Positions 14,236-27,013 of a DNA stretch of 64,000 bases are shown piece after piece; positions within the stretch are counted from its first letter, which is position 1, and every line of letters begins with the position of its first letter. Both the position numbers and the translations under genes were made by a program. The stretch is from Octopus sinensis (lineage: Eukaryota). Under the pieces are notes generated by a model that worked only from the letters and a program-made list of their open reading frames with translations, had not been told where the DNA came from and made no database searches. Location of the stretch: assembly GCF_006345805.1 (NCBI RefSeq), contig NW_021834409.1, positions 1 through 64,000 on the forward strand, given 5' to 3'.

Positions 14236-15040
14236 ATACTTGAATTTATTACGGAGGATCCGAAATTAATAGAAATTATTATGGAGAAAGCAAGAACAAT
14301 TTTCGATAAATGGTCACTCAAAGTCAACGAAGAGAAAACCGAAATAATTACCATCGAACGTATGCCAACTCGCATAGATGAGAAGTGGCGAAACGTCCGA
14401 AAACTCGGATCTCTTCTTGGCGATTCCGAAGATATTACCAGACAAAAAATATTATCAACAATTGCACTTAAAAAACTTCAATCTATCTGAATGAGAAAAA
14501 ATCAAATTTCGACTAAGATGCGCCTACGATTATATGATGCATTTGTCCGACCTGTCCTCATGTACAACGCAGGTACTTGGGGAACATCAAAGAAAAACAT
14601 GCAGCAACCTGACTCTTTCCACAGGGGTCAACTGAGAAAACTCCTCGGCTATTCGTGGCCGAAGAAAACATCAAATGATAAATTATACAGGTTAGCTAAC
14701 TGTGGGCCCATAAGTCTAAATATACTTGAAACCCGCTGGCGCCTGTTTGGACATATTTTACGAATGAAGAAAGAAACACCTTGCAATATGGCCATGGAAG
14801 AATTTTTCGGCCATACTGAATACTCTAAATATAGAGGACGTCCAAGAGACTGTTTTCCGGGAATACTTACGAAGGAATATGCTACGATCGGAGGCCGATT
14901 GAAGGATGCAGACGATCTGGACGAAATCGGAAAGAGAACAAGACGACGGAAAGGATGAAAAGGGCTAACGACAAAAATAGTTAAAAACATGGCACAAGCG
15001 AAACCATAAACTTTGTTTACTGGCAACGCGAACGTGCATT
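14236..15040 (+). mobile_element. RTE-like RT 3' fragment
   Basis: KWSLKVNEEKTE...LGSLLGDSED...YNAGTWG...RWRLFGHILR, homologous to 5716-6798. Confidence 0.85.
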
Positions 15041-15209
15041 AACTTAACTTTACCATCAATTTCTACTACCAAATACATTTTCAATAAATTACAGTTAAAA
15101 AACACTCTTTTTCGAAAAACAACAAAAAAGTCTCATTTCAAAGACAATCCTCAAAGAAGTCTGAACTACTAAAAGTAAAATATTTTGCCCAAGTCTGTTC
15201 TTTGTTGAG

Positions 15210-15800
15210 TTGATTAATAGATTGGGGGACTTCAACTTCAATCCGCTGTCCGTCGAAAACTTGGATGAGAACCCTATCACGGCCGGGTCAGTTCTGATTC
15301 CATTCCGAAGAGGTCTCGTGGTGCTGTGGGACGTGGCCAGGAGTGTTGTAATGAGCCATTTCAGTACCTACAGGGTGAGGACGTGTCTATGGGTTTGCAG
15401 GAGTACCCCAACTGGCACTTTGAAGGGACGAAATGCCCCTGTGGACACGTGGATAGGACAATCCCTTTTTGTGATGTGGAGATATCGGAAAGACTGGATT
15501 GTGAGAATGCAAGTGGAGGGAAATCAGTTCCTCGAGTACTTGAACTGCATTCACGTGTCCGAAATCACGACGTTTCTGGTCCCCGATGACTCTCGGTGGA
15601 ATATATGATGGGATTGAGAGAGTTTCCTACGTCAGCACTCATTACCGTCGACAAAGGGACTGGGGATCTGTTGTTGACAGGGTTTTTTATGTCGTGTAGT
15701 CTTAGGCACAATGAGTAGTCTATTCTGGGGACTGAAGGTGGACGAGTGTCTGTCATTGGGGATCATTTCGACCAATCTTTCGGGAGAGGACAGTTTTACA
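15210..15800 (+). pseudogene. Fragment of a lethal-giant-larvae/tomosyn-family WD40 gene
   Basis: DENPITAGSVLIPFRRGLVVLWDV; WHFEGTKCPCGHVDRT; YLNCIHVSEIT; DLLLTG|H. Introns of 26 nt (15375-15400) and 24 nt (15682-15705). Internal segment missing; stops present. Confidence 0.72.
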
Positions 15801-18011
15801 CATACAGTAGTATTAGATGAGTTCATACGACTGCTGTATTTCCCTGATTCACGTGTTTGGTGGTCGGAAAGTTTGCACGTCAGATTTTGTGATGAAAGTT
15901 TAAAATTCATCAACCCTAAGCAAGACGTTGCAGTTCTTAATAATTACAAAATTTGAGGACGACTATTTTTAGTCAAATTCCTTATGAAAAAATCGAACAG
16001 TTTTTTTTAAAAACTGCAGTTATCTGGAATGAACCAGCTGAGTTGCATGAAGTCCTCAGGGAAACACTTTACTGGGCTTACAATGAAATCCGCAAAGTAC
16101 AAAAGGAGTTTTTGTTATGTAACTGCAGTCGAAGGGCCTTTAATTGTCAGTAGCACCCGTAAAGGATGGACCGGCCTCAGGATTGTCGATCGAAATAAAG
16201 TCGAAGTCACCCTCGTTATCACCATGTTCCTATCGCTGATGTAACCACAAAGCAAGAACACTTATAGATCCTCAAAAAATAGATGGCCAGTGACAAGTCA
16301 GAAAGCTTTTGATAACTTTGCAAAACTCTTATTGAAATTTTCAACACTTTACTTTTTTAAAGATGTGAATAGTAGAATGGGATGCTTAATTGCTGACTAT
16401 ATTTTGTCTACTGTGGACGTCCCAATCTTGTATTCCCTTCATAGTATTTGATAAGAAACCTCTATATCGAACCTCACGAAGGAGACGTGGCAAATTATTT
16501 CTGAATCATCAGTTCTTGCAACTTTTGAAGACAAAAAAACAAAAGGCTACAAATTGGAAAAATAGCACAGTAGATTTTAGCCAATCAGAAACCTTTAAAA
16601 ACCTAAAGCAAGACCTCTAAATTGATAATCACTGAGATGCTGCTCCAAGCCATTGGCAGCTGATATTGATGAAGCAAAGTGTGATTTCTGTGTTCTCTGG
16701 TGACATGTGCTTGATTTCAAGATTAATAACTGTCTTTGGTTCAGGAATAATGCCATGGAGCCTTTAACAGTTAAATCAACGTGAGAGATTTGCTTTAAAT
16801 TAGAAATATGTAGCACCGTATCTGTCCCAGGCCTAAACTTGAAGACCAGGGTAACGACAATGCATTGATTTAGGCCTCATATCTGGCTACGAGTCATCTT
16901 TGATACTCGTAGTCTTTTTAAGGCGAATAAAACTTTTCTTAAAACAATCACCACCTAAGATGATATGCAATTATATTATTTAATATACTAATAACTACTT
17001 TTCGATAGATTACCAGGACTAACACCATCGTAGACATACTGTCCCTTTGTACTATGCCACTCTCTAGCTTAACCTCGCCTATATCACCTCTCCATCACAG
17101 TTGCAACAAAAACCACGTAGGCAACTTAAGTCTTGGTAAGTTTCTGTGAGCTCTTGATTTGTGCCTGCTCCTTGACTACCTCGCAATCCCTCCGACTACC
17201 TGGCTGTAATATTTAAATAGATCAAGAGTTTTTAAGATTAAGTATTATGTCAATGGAATCATCAAGATACCAATAATAATTTAGCATGCTGTTGGCAATC
17301 AAATACAAAAGTAAATGACCTTCTATACATGCACCACACAAATTACTAAAACCATGTGCATCTTTGAAAATATTAAAATATATAAAAAAATAATTTAATA
17401 TTAGTCAGTATATTTTATTGAAAAATAAAATTTCCATTGGATAAAATTATAAATTCTATCCTCAATAGCGTAATCGTTTTTAGGAGTAGTTGTCTGAATA
17501 AAATAAATGGAGCATATCAATTCAATTAAAGAAACCGCTCGAGTTTTGGTGAATACATCCGAAATGTATTTGGATTTCATCGAAGTTGCAGATTCAATCT
17601 GTGGCTCACAAACTGTTTGTTAAGCACAGATATCTCAGAGACTTAATGGGTTATATGAGTTATTATTCAACAGGGAAGGATCTTTTCAAAATGACCATCA
17701 AGTTAGAAAAATCAATTTTCATTACAATAAATATTTGAGCTCATGGTACGGAAAATCCCGTACTGGGTTTGGTTGTGATTTCACAAAGTTCTTGATGAGT
17801 GTATTCTCCAAGGGCTTCATACTGGAGAGATTTTATAAAAATGGGGAGCCCCTAACTCTTAAAAAACTTATTATCACCTATAAAGTCGAAACACGGACTC
17901 TAATATCTATTGTAATGAATATTGATTTAAAAGAAATGAAATTTAATTGGTATTAAAGCAAGTCAATGGCAGGTATTTAATCTCATTTAGACTTTCTCGT
18001 CTGTAAAAAGT

Positions 18012-21000
18012 ATGATGGAATATTATTTAATATTATCCTCACCCGAACATATTACTAACCCCAAATCAGCACTCTCCCGTTTTGCCCTTCTCACTATCTG
18101 TGGGGATGTGGAACCTAATCCCGGCCCAGAGAGACATATATCAATTCTCCAACTAAACATCAACGGAGTTACTGGAAAATCAACAGAACTAAACTCTTTT
18201 TTGATCAAGCATGATATCGACATATGTGTACTTCAAGAAACATAACTCAATCCTTCTTCCCAGATCTACGCCCGTTTGATAATCGCGATAATTATTTGTG
18301 GGGACTTGAATGCAAAACACCCGCATTGGTTAAAGTCACAAACCGCTGACTCCCGAGGAAAGTCTATTCTCGAGCAATTGGACAACCTTGTAATCCTGAA
18401 CAACCCCTCACTGCACACAAGAACTCCATACAACACCAAGGACAAGCCTACCTCCCCCGATCTGACCCTCTGTTCTTCCAACCTCGCACCTCTGGTCAAA
18501 TGGGGCGTTACCTACGATCTACGGAGCGATCACAATCCGCTAATTATAAAAGTCCAAGTCAAACCGCCCATTAGAAAGGGGTTCCGCAACCTGAAATACG
18601 ACTACAAGCACGCAGATTGGGTCAATTTTGCCTATTCTATTGACAAAGCACTGGTTAACTTTGATGTACATGATTTCGACTCGATCGATAACGCCCTCAA
18701 GCACTTCTACCGAACAATTTTGATTGGAAGAAAATCATTCTTAAGAATGAGGAAAATTTATCCAAAACCAGTAAGAAAATTTCCGTCGGGGATTCTACCT
18801 CTAATCGAGGAACGGAACTCATTGAAAGGTCGCTCTCATCTTACAAAAGATAACCGGCACCGGATCAGACTACTGAATAAAGTCATAGAACAATCTGCAA
18901 AAAACAAACGGTACGGGATGGCCGAAAAGTTCGCCAGAGGATTAAATGCGGAGGTCCCACTAACAAAAGTATGGGCATCCCTAAGAAGATTCACAACCCC
19001 TGAGAGATCTAAATCGGGTGAGGATAATGCGGTTCCCTTCACCAACAAACTGATAAAGTTCTACGCTGGGATCAGCAACATCCCCCACAGGAAATACGAT
19101 GGACCATGCTTGAAGTCGTTGAAACCTCGAAGATGTCGGACTCAAGAGGAGGTGTCTCAGACCATCAGAAATTTAAGAAGCACTGGCTCTTGTGACCTGA
19201 CGGAATTCCTACTATTCTGGTGAAAAACCTAGGACAGGTGGCAATATCAGCTCTTTGTCAAATTTACAACTTTTCTATAAACAACAACGCAATGTCCACA
19301 TCGTGGAAAATGGCACACATTCGCCCTATTCTGAAACCAGGGAGACCAAAAGACAACCCGGCGTCCTACAGGTCAATATCTCTCCTCTGCGTCCTTTCCA
19401 AAGTTCTGGAAAAACTTATACTCAACCACATCAAACAATATCTCTCGGATTTGGACTTTCAACATGGATTTAAATGTGGTAAATCACCCACCTCGCACTT
19501 TGTCACTTTGACGAACTTCATTTCAGATGGACTATCTACCAAACCGTATAAACAAAAAACGGTTATATGCTCAGTGGATATCCATAAGGCTTTTGACTCC
19601 ATTTCCAGGAAAATACTGACCAGGAAAATATACCTTAGTGGAATTCACCCAAGACTGAAAATGTGGCTAGCTAACTTCTTCAGCGGCCGAAGAGACAGAA
19701 TCCAACAAAACAATACAAGATCGATGTCTCGATACTTTCCAAACGGGGTCCCTCAAGGCTTCCCCCTTTCACCAGCCCTGTTCAACTTATTCTTATCGGA
19801 TCTACCGCTACCAAACGACAAAGACTCAATCATTTTATCATACGCTGACGATATCGTAATTGCTACCCGGAGCCGTGAGGTGAACACGGCGAGCACAAAA
19901 CTGCAGAACCACCTTAACAATCTCGAAAGTTGGCTCTCGCTAAACCGACTATCAACGAGTCCGGAAAAATCGGTCACCACGCTTATGACCTCAGCAAGGA
20001 AGCTTGGGAAAACGGTGGTGAACCTGTACCTAAATAACATGGAAATCCCGTTTCAAAAATCTCAGAAAATCCTCGGGGTGACTTACGACAGTCATATGTG
20101 TTTCTCTCAACAAGCCGATAATATTACTACGAGGTGCATGAAGAAACTGAACATCTTGAAAGTGTTTCTTCGTAAATGCAGACAGTGTATCAGCTTCCCT
20201 GCACGACAAGCCTTATACCGGCAATTCATCGAACCCTCCCTTAGCTATGCTTGTGAGGCGTGGGGAGGGTTTATCAGTGGAACGAACCGCACTAAAATCG
20301 AGAAAACTCAAGATCGTTTCCGAAAAGCACTACAGGGACCGAACGAACATCTACAGTACCGGTCATATGTTTTAGACATTCTGAAAAAATCCCAGTGTTT
20401 GATTTTTCTAAAGAAAAATCCAATAAAATAAAAGTTTTTTAGTAAGTATTATCTATATTATTTATATATTTATCATTTTCATATCTTATCTTCGCTTTAT
20501 CTTCGACTTCTTCATATGTTTAAGGATTTTGTCGAAATTGGCCCAGTCATATGTTTTAGACATTTTATTTAAATTCATTATATTTCAATAAAATTTATAC
20601 TTTTTTTCTATTTTTCGTATCGGAAACGTGTTTTAAATTAATTTGAAAGCAGTATGCCACGACTTTCTGTTGAACAGCGTCATAGAATTGTTTTTATGCG
20701 AGAAAATGGTAGAAAATTGCTGGCATTGTTCCCTTTTCTTCAAAACTCAATTGTCTGGCCATAATAAGTTATTATAGCGTGCAAAATATTAATAATTTGT
20801 AAAAAAATCATATATTTAATAACATTTACAAATAAAAAATTTGTTCGTTTTTTATTTTGGTTCAGATTATACTTTTGCCGTAAAAAGGCGGTAAATATAT
20901 TTTTTTGCAAAAATAAAAATATTAGTTATTGTTTATATATTGTTAAAATTCTATTTAGATATTTTTTTTGATTCGTTTCTTGGAAATTTTAGGAAAAATG

Positions 21001-21870
21001 TAGTGTTCGTTTTTTATTTTGGTTTACTGTATACTTGAATTTATTACGGAGGATCCGAAATTAATAGAAATTATTATGGAGAAAGCAAGAACAATTTTCG
21101 ATAAATGGTCACTCAAAGTCAACGAAGAGAAAACCGAAATAATTACCATCGAACGTATGCCAACTCGCATAGATGAGAAGTGGCGAAACGTCCGAAAACT
21201 CGGATCTCTTCTTGGCGATTCCGAAGATATTACCAGACAACATAATAGAAAATTGCTGGCATTATTTAAAGAGCAAAATCAGAAATAGAAACCCTCAGAA
21301 CGTTAAGCAACTATGGGAGATGGCAAAAGATGAATGGAACAAGATGGGAGATGATTATATTCAAAACTTGTATTTGTCGATCCCAAATAGAATACATGAT
21401 GTAATATCGAAAAAAGGAGATGTAACTAAATACTAACTTGTGTTTTAATTAATAAAAACTCGTTTTAACTTTTAAAAATTCCAGATTATGGATGTGCATC
21501 GTAAATGTCTAAAACATATGACTGGGCCAGTTTCGACAAAATCTATAAAAAGATCAAGATGTCGAAAATACAGTGACGATGAGATTGGGAAAAAATAAAT
21601 AACTAAAAAAAATGGATAATGCTTAATGAAAAGCATTTTTTTAATAAGATTTTTCTTTAGAAAAATCAAACACTGGGATTTTTTCAGAATGTCTAAAACA
21701 TATGACCGGTACTGTACTCATCGCCCCATTTAATGAAATCTTGAGAAGAAACCTCGGGGCTACAGGGCCTAAAACACCACCACCGCGCCCTCACAGAAAT
21801 TGTGCCGGGACAAGGGAGGAGCACGGGCAAAGTTGAGGACCCTCCTCAGAGAAGCCGGGATCACCTGATT
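18012..21870 (+). mobile_element. I/Ingi-like LINE (2A-like motif + APE + RT), interrupted by a Tc1 element
   Basis: CGDVEPNPGP at 18099-18128; ILQLNING, LQET, GDLNAKH, SDHNP; RT motifs VDIHKAFD, GVPQG, SYADD. Resumes after 21716 and ends ...gaagccgggatcacctgattaat. Exact clade not resolved. Confidence 0.82.
20354..21714 (+). mobile_element. Internally deleted Tc1-family element carrying a captured 516-bp block
   Basis: TA duplication (20352-53, 21715-16). TIRs start CAGTACCGGTCATATG. Only the transposase start (MPRLSVEQR) and end (IIENCWHYLK...GDVTKY) remain. Confidence 0.9.
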
Positions 21871-22159
21871 AATAGTTTTATGTTTTGGACGGTGATCTTG
21901 GTTCTAATAATAATTGTCTCGTCAAATAGCCGTTTCATTCCGGATGGTATTAGATCATTTAATCGAGCATATTTTTTGTTAGCATTCATCCTCTTTAGTT
22001 TAGTTCTATGATCCAACTCATTCATTATATGTTTAAATAAAAATCCCTGACTAATAAGTAGTAATGGTAAAAGTATAATCATTAGAAAAAATAAAATATT
22101 TTTTTAAATCTATTTTTGTTCACAAATAGTTATTAATATAATTATTATTAAGGTTTTCT

Positions 22160-22741
22160 TATAACAAACCTGTATATGATAAAAAAGAGAACGTAATTTG
22201 GATTGTGGAGGTGGGAGTTACTTCTCAAGATAATTTACAGCGAGTAGAACTTGAAAAGTTAAGAAAATATGATTTGCTCGCTAATGAATTATCCCTGATT
22301 CACCAGGCCAGAGTGAATATAATTCCTGTTGTCCTTACATGGGATAGCATTGTGTCTAAATATTTTTAAAAATATTTGGAGTCGATCAGAGTGAGAGAAC
22401 ATCTGGTTGCTTATATGCAATCAATTGTGCTTAAGCGTACGATGAAGAGCACTCTGCTGGACTTTCGGAGAGGTCTTTCGCAAATGGATTATGAAGCCCG
22501 GATTGAGGAGGTACTCTCAAAATACGAGGAAGCTAACGGGATCGGTGACCGAGAGATCGCGGTGCGTCGACTTGTCGAGGATGCCTACCATGTTCCTTTT
22601 CTGGATGGTTCGAAACGAGTTAAAATTGACGGAAGTGTGGGCCCTGGGATGATAGATCGGGAAGATAGTGGAGCTCGTAGAGTGGACTCCGAAGGCTGAA
22701 GGGTCTTTTAAGTAATTATTTGTTAACATAAATATTTTATC
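22160..22741 (+). mobile_element. 5'-truncated R4-like element (RLE C-terminus)
   Basis: IVEVGVTSQD...KYDLLANEL...IIPVVLTWD. Candidate 10-bp TSD AAGGTTTTCT at 22150-22159 and 22742-22751. Confidence 0.82.
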
Positions 22742-23159
22742 AAGGTTTTCTGAAATAAAAATTATTGTTTTTAATATAAAATGTCACGGGTTGGATAATG
22801 CCTCTCAACGCGTGAAAATTTGTTAATTTTTGAAAACAAAAGGATAGTTTTCATAAAATACAAAAACCAGAGGTTGCGCTTTTTGGCCAAAGAAGAAAAG
22901 AAACTTAAACTAAAATTACTATGTGATCTCAAAATGCGTTCAGTGTCAGGTGCGTATTTATTAAATTATTTGTAGTCAAAAAGATGATGGTAACTAAGTC
23001 AACAAGTACTCCTATTATTGCAAGAGGGTCTAAAGATCGCTATATCGCAGATTCAGTGGATTTAAAAAAGTATACCAGCCTTAATAGTGATAATGGATGG
23101 GTATTCATTTCTGAATAAATTGTAGTTGGTTGTGGTTATAAATTTATTAAAAATACAAT

Positions 23160-23800
23160 GGGAGAAAACCGAGAACGAAAGAGGCGAAACAAAACAACTT
23201 AAGCCAATCGGATACTAAAGCATTATCAATTGCGGTGGACAAGGAGGAAACTGCTAAGATACGCGCAGCTTTTGGGATTCTGGATGGGATTTGCCGGAAC
23301 GGCGGAAGAGCTTGATCGATTAAAAAACTTCCTCAGCAGAAGGGGATGTTGCGAATGGCACTTTTTCGAGGATTTCTTGCGGGCTGGAACACTGAACCGG
23401 CTGGCAAGTGCGGCAGGAAGGTCAGTTCCAACTTAAAAGAGAGGCAGAAACGCGCCTGGAAAAATGCACACAAGAAAGGTGGAAGAATCTGTCACAGCTA
23501 GAACAGACTCTCCCTTTCTTGCGGTTGTTACTAACTTTGCAAGAAAAGCATAAAACCGTAGTAGGTTGGCGACAGAGAGACATAAAAAAAGAGCGAGACA
23601 GGAACAATAAAAAAATAGACTGACAAAGATAAATGAGAAGAAAAAGAAAAGAAAAAGAACAAAAGAAAAAGAATTGAAATGAGAGAAAGATAGATGGATA
23701 GATATATGGATAGATAGATGGATAGATATTAGGAATGAAATTAAAAACGTCACAAGAAACGACACGACACGTGGAATAGTTAAATTATAATTAGATTTTT
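23160..23800 (-). mobile_element. 5' fragment of a CRE-like element (PHD-like finger)
   Basis: CSSCDRFFHLSCV...SWN and RIPKAARILA...WLKLFCFA, homologous to 43121-43560. (GATA)n tract near 23690-23730. Confidence 0.65.
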
Positions 23801-24329
23801 GTAGGTGTTTATTTTACATTTAAAAAATCTTTTCATTAACAATCTGATCAAACTTAAAGAGCTTGCATATATAGATTAAATTTTGTGCGATAGAATAATA
23901 ATCAATCGAAAACAATGTATGCAGGTCAATTTCCGAAATGTAATATCCGGATCTCAAACTGCAAAGAATAGCACTAACCAAAATTCAAAAGCACGTTTAC
24001 ATAAATTTATTATTTTATTTTTCTCAAAATACTTTAATGAAATATTGTAATAAAGTAATTTAGGCGATTTCTCATCTTTGAATAATAAAGAGTTTAATTC
24101 TGATTGTTTAAAAATCGATTAAAAATTGCTTATAATTATTATATATTCAAGGAGAAACGATCAAAGAGAAATGATCATCGGGAACGGACATAGCTATTCC
24201 AACGCGTATCAATAGTGATCTTGCGTGGGAATTGCCATTCATCTTATCCTCTGCTGCTAATTAAATATTTATTAACACTTTTTAAAAAATAAATGATAAA
24301 ATTATGTATTGCCTGATTAGTCAGTTATT

Positions 24330-25062
24330 AAAACTTTCCTGAATGAAATGTTGATGTGATGGGCATTCTCATTAAATAGAGACGGTGGATCGTCTTGGGC
24401 AAGTAAAAAAGTGTCAAGAAAGTTTTGATATCATTAAAAAAATAGGGAACTCAATCGAAAAATATATCTCTGTTATTAGTGATTTAATCAATGAATATGA
24501 AACACGTTTGAATAATTTTAAAGAAGCTCTACATATTATGAAAATATTTCCGTCACCTATGGAAAAAAATACTGTAAACGCTTCATGTATGAGCTGGAGC
24601 TAATTTAAATTGAGGCAGATTTACAGAGCTATTTAATTTAGGTAAACTATTGGATTTTTGGAGTCAAATTCGAGAATGAAAATATCCGAACTTGGTCGAT
24701 AATGCTAAAAATGCATCAGTCTTTGGAAATACGTATGATGTGTAGATCTTTTCAGTAAACTTATGCGAATAAAAAGTAAGTATCGAAATCGATTAACTAG
24801 TGAACACCTAATTCAACTTTACGAACTTTGTCTTTGAACTTTACCCCTCTTTTAAATAAAATAGTAGACGCCAAGCAAAATCAAGTCTCACATTGATTCT
24901 CTTATTAAACTAATAAAGCCTTTTTTGATCAAATAAAATATTTTTTGTGCGGCCCGGAATGATACTCATAATTATCGATTTAGTCCTTAAGCTAAAAAGT
25001 TTGAGAACTAATCCTCTTAATTATTGATCTGGCCCTTGAGCTAAAAATGTTGAGAATCACTG
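24330..25062 (+). mobile_element. 3' part of a hAT (Buster/SPIN/GTF2IRD2-like) transposon
   Basis: Degenerate dimerisation region (FGNTY...FS.LMRIKSKYRNRLTSEHL...QVSH*). Terminus ...gttgagaatcactg at 25062. Confidence 0.7.
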
Positions 25063-25759
25063 CGAGACATAAAATCGGACTGCAGGGTACTGTTTTATTA
25101 GTGTTGCACGTGAAGTTTGCGGCCTGCATGTTTGACACTCATCGTCTAAGATATCTATGTTCGATAGTAGAACCATCCGTATAGGTGGTGCCTGCTTAAG
25201 GGAGAGCTTTTTCCATCATGTTAAAGTCCCCTGCTTCAGAAAGACTGTGACTAACTCGAAAACAGCTGAGTTTGTGCGTTGGGCTAGAGTTTTTTTCGTT
25301 TGGTCATTTTAGATTTTAGTGGAAGTACCTGCTTTTTTAAATCTTCTATCGCTTCATTTGTAAAGTCAGATTGGGAGGAAACAGCGATTTAGGGTTCTGT
25401 ACTTTTACTTGTAGGGGGATATAAATAGGATGCATGTAAATTGAAGGGATGTAAGGTTGACTCTGATCAAAAAAGTAATAATCAACTAAAGAGATTCCAA
25501 GATCGTTTTCTAGAAAGAAAAAAAGTCAGCCAAGTCTAACTAGCAAATCCGAGAATTAAATGAAAAGCCCAGCTTTTAATGAAGTTTTTTTCTACTAGGA
25601 AAGAGGATGTGTCTCTAAACTAAATCTTTTGTTTAACTAACTATGATCGCTTAAAGATTACTGTTTATAAATAGCTCGTGCCATTTGTAAATAGCGATTA
25701 GCGACATGAAACTGATAAAAAGGATGGTTATTTGCAGAAAAAAATAATTTGAAAAAATA

Positions 25760-25940
25760 GGGTGTAATTGAGCGCTTTAATCAAACATTGACACGGGGTA
25801 TGGAAAAACTGATAGATAATAAAAATTGAAAACATTTTTAGACAAAGTTACGTTTTTATAATACGACACATCATTCGGCGATAAATGAGCCTTTCTTCAA
25901 AAAGTATAGAGATATTTCTGGAATTAAACGTGCCATTCGT
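25760..25940 (+). mobile_element. Ginger/gypsy-like integrase core fragment
   Basis: GVIERFNQTLTRGMEKL...YNTTHHSA, homologous to 27780-27900. Confidence 0.65.
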
Positions 25941-26129
25941 GAAATATTAGGTTATAATCTCACTTTTAATTTAGATGAAAATAATGAGGCCTCGATTGTA
26001 GTAGATAAACTTGATGGAAAATATACGATGCATTTAGCTTTTCACTTCCATACTTAAGTAGCTTCTATTACAAAATAACAGTGCATTATTCAAATAATTA
26101 ATTTAAAGTTAGTAAGTTGGTTTAGGAGT

Positions 26130-26285
26130 TTATGCAGTCTTGCGAATCATAAATCCACCAAATGAAATAATAGCTTTCTGAGTTAATTCTTTTAATTCGT
26201 CGTCATTTCCATTTGCAACGACAACGTGACGTGGTTTAATTCTTCTTTTTCCACATTTTACTGCTGTATTTCCAGCGAAACGCTA
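26130..26285 (-). pseudogene. Divergent histone H2A-like C-terminal fold fragment
   Basis: FAGNTAVKCGKRRIKPRHVVVANGNDDELKELTQKAIISFGG aligns by eye with H2A [33 protein letters not shown]...IAQGG. N-terminal half not recognised. Confidence 0.6.
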
Positions 26286-27013
26286 AAAATCAAGAAATAC
26301 AGTGCATTATCTCACCGCCATATCTTTAAATTTCAGAAATACAATCTCCTTCCAAATTAATTGTCGATTCTCTATGAAACAGAAATAAATATTATTATCG
26401 CAGTCTTTATTTCAGATATCTGGACCATCATTGAGATATCCGCTCTGGTATTTACACTGTTTATAAGCTACTAGGTGAAATTGTGTTTTAATTAAAATTA
26501 TCTTAATTTTTAGTTACCCAATTATTAATAGAAAACATAAAAAATTGTGGCATGTGTGAGCACTCATTTGCTTGTTGTCCTGTTACATTATTTGTTCAAT
26601 CTTTATTTTTTTTATTTAATTGGATTAGAAGGAATATTTTGCGATGTAGTTTCTTTTAATTAATAAATTATCTGAAATTTCATCATTTTGTAATATTTGC
26701 GAGTTTATTCTTTCAATCTGTTTATATCGCTTATTTGAAATCTTCTCATTTATCTTTATTCATTGAATTTCATCTTATTTTTTGATAGAAAGTTTTATTA
26801 TTTATATTCTTATGGCAAACTTTTATTTATTTGTTCCTGGATTTGGCGATCTTATATTTTAGCGTCCTAAAATCTAAAATGATCAATTTCTACCAAATTT
26901 TAATCATTATTGTTATATTTTTTTTAAACTGAACACGAATTTAATTATTGTTATTTTATTTTTATAAATTTTATTTTTTTTTATTCAATAATAACTGTAA
27001 ATATAAATTATTA

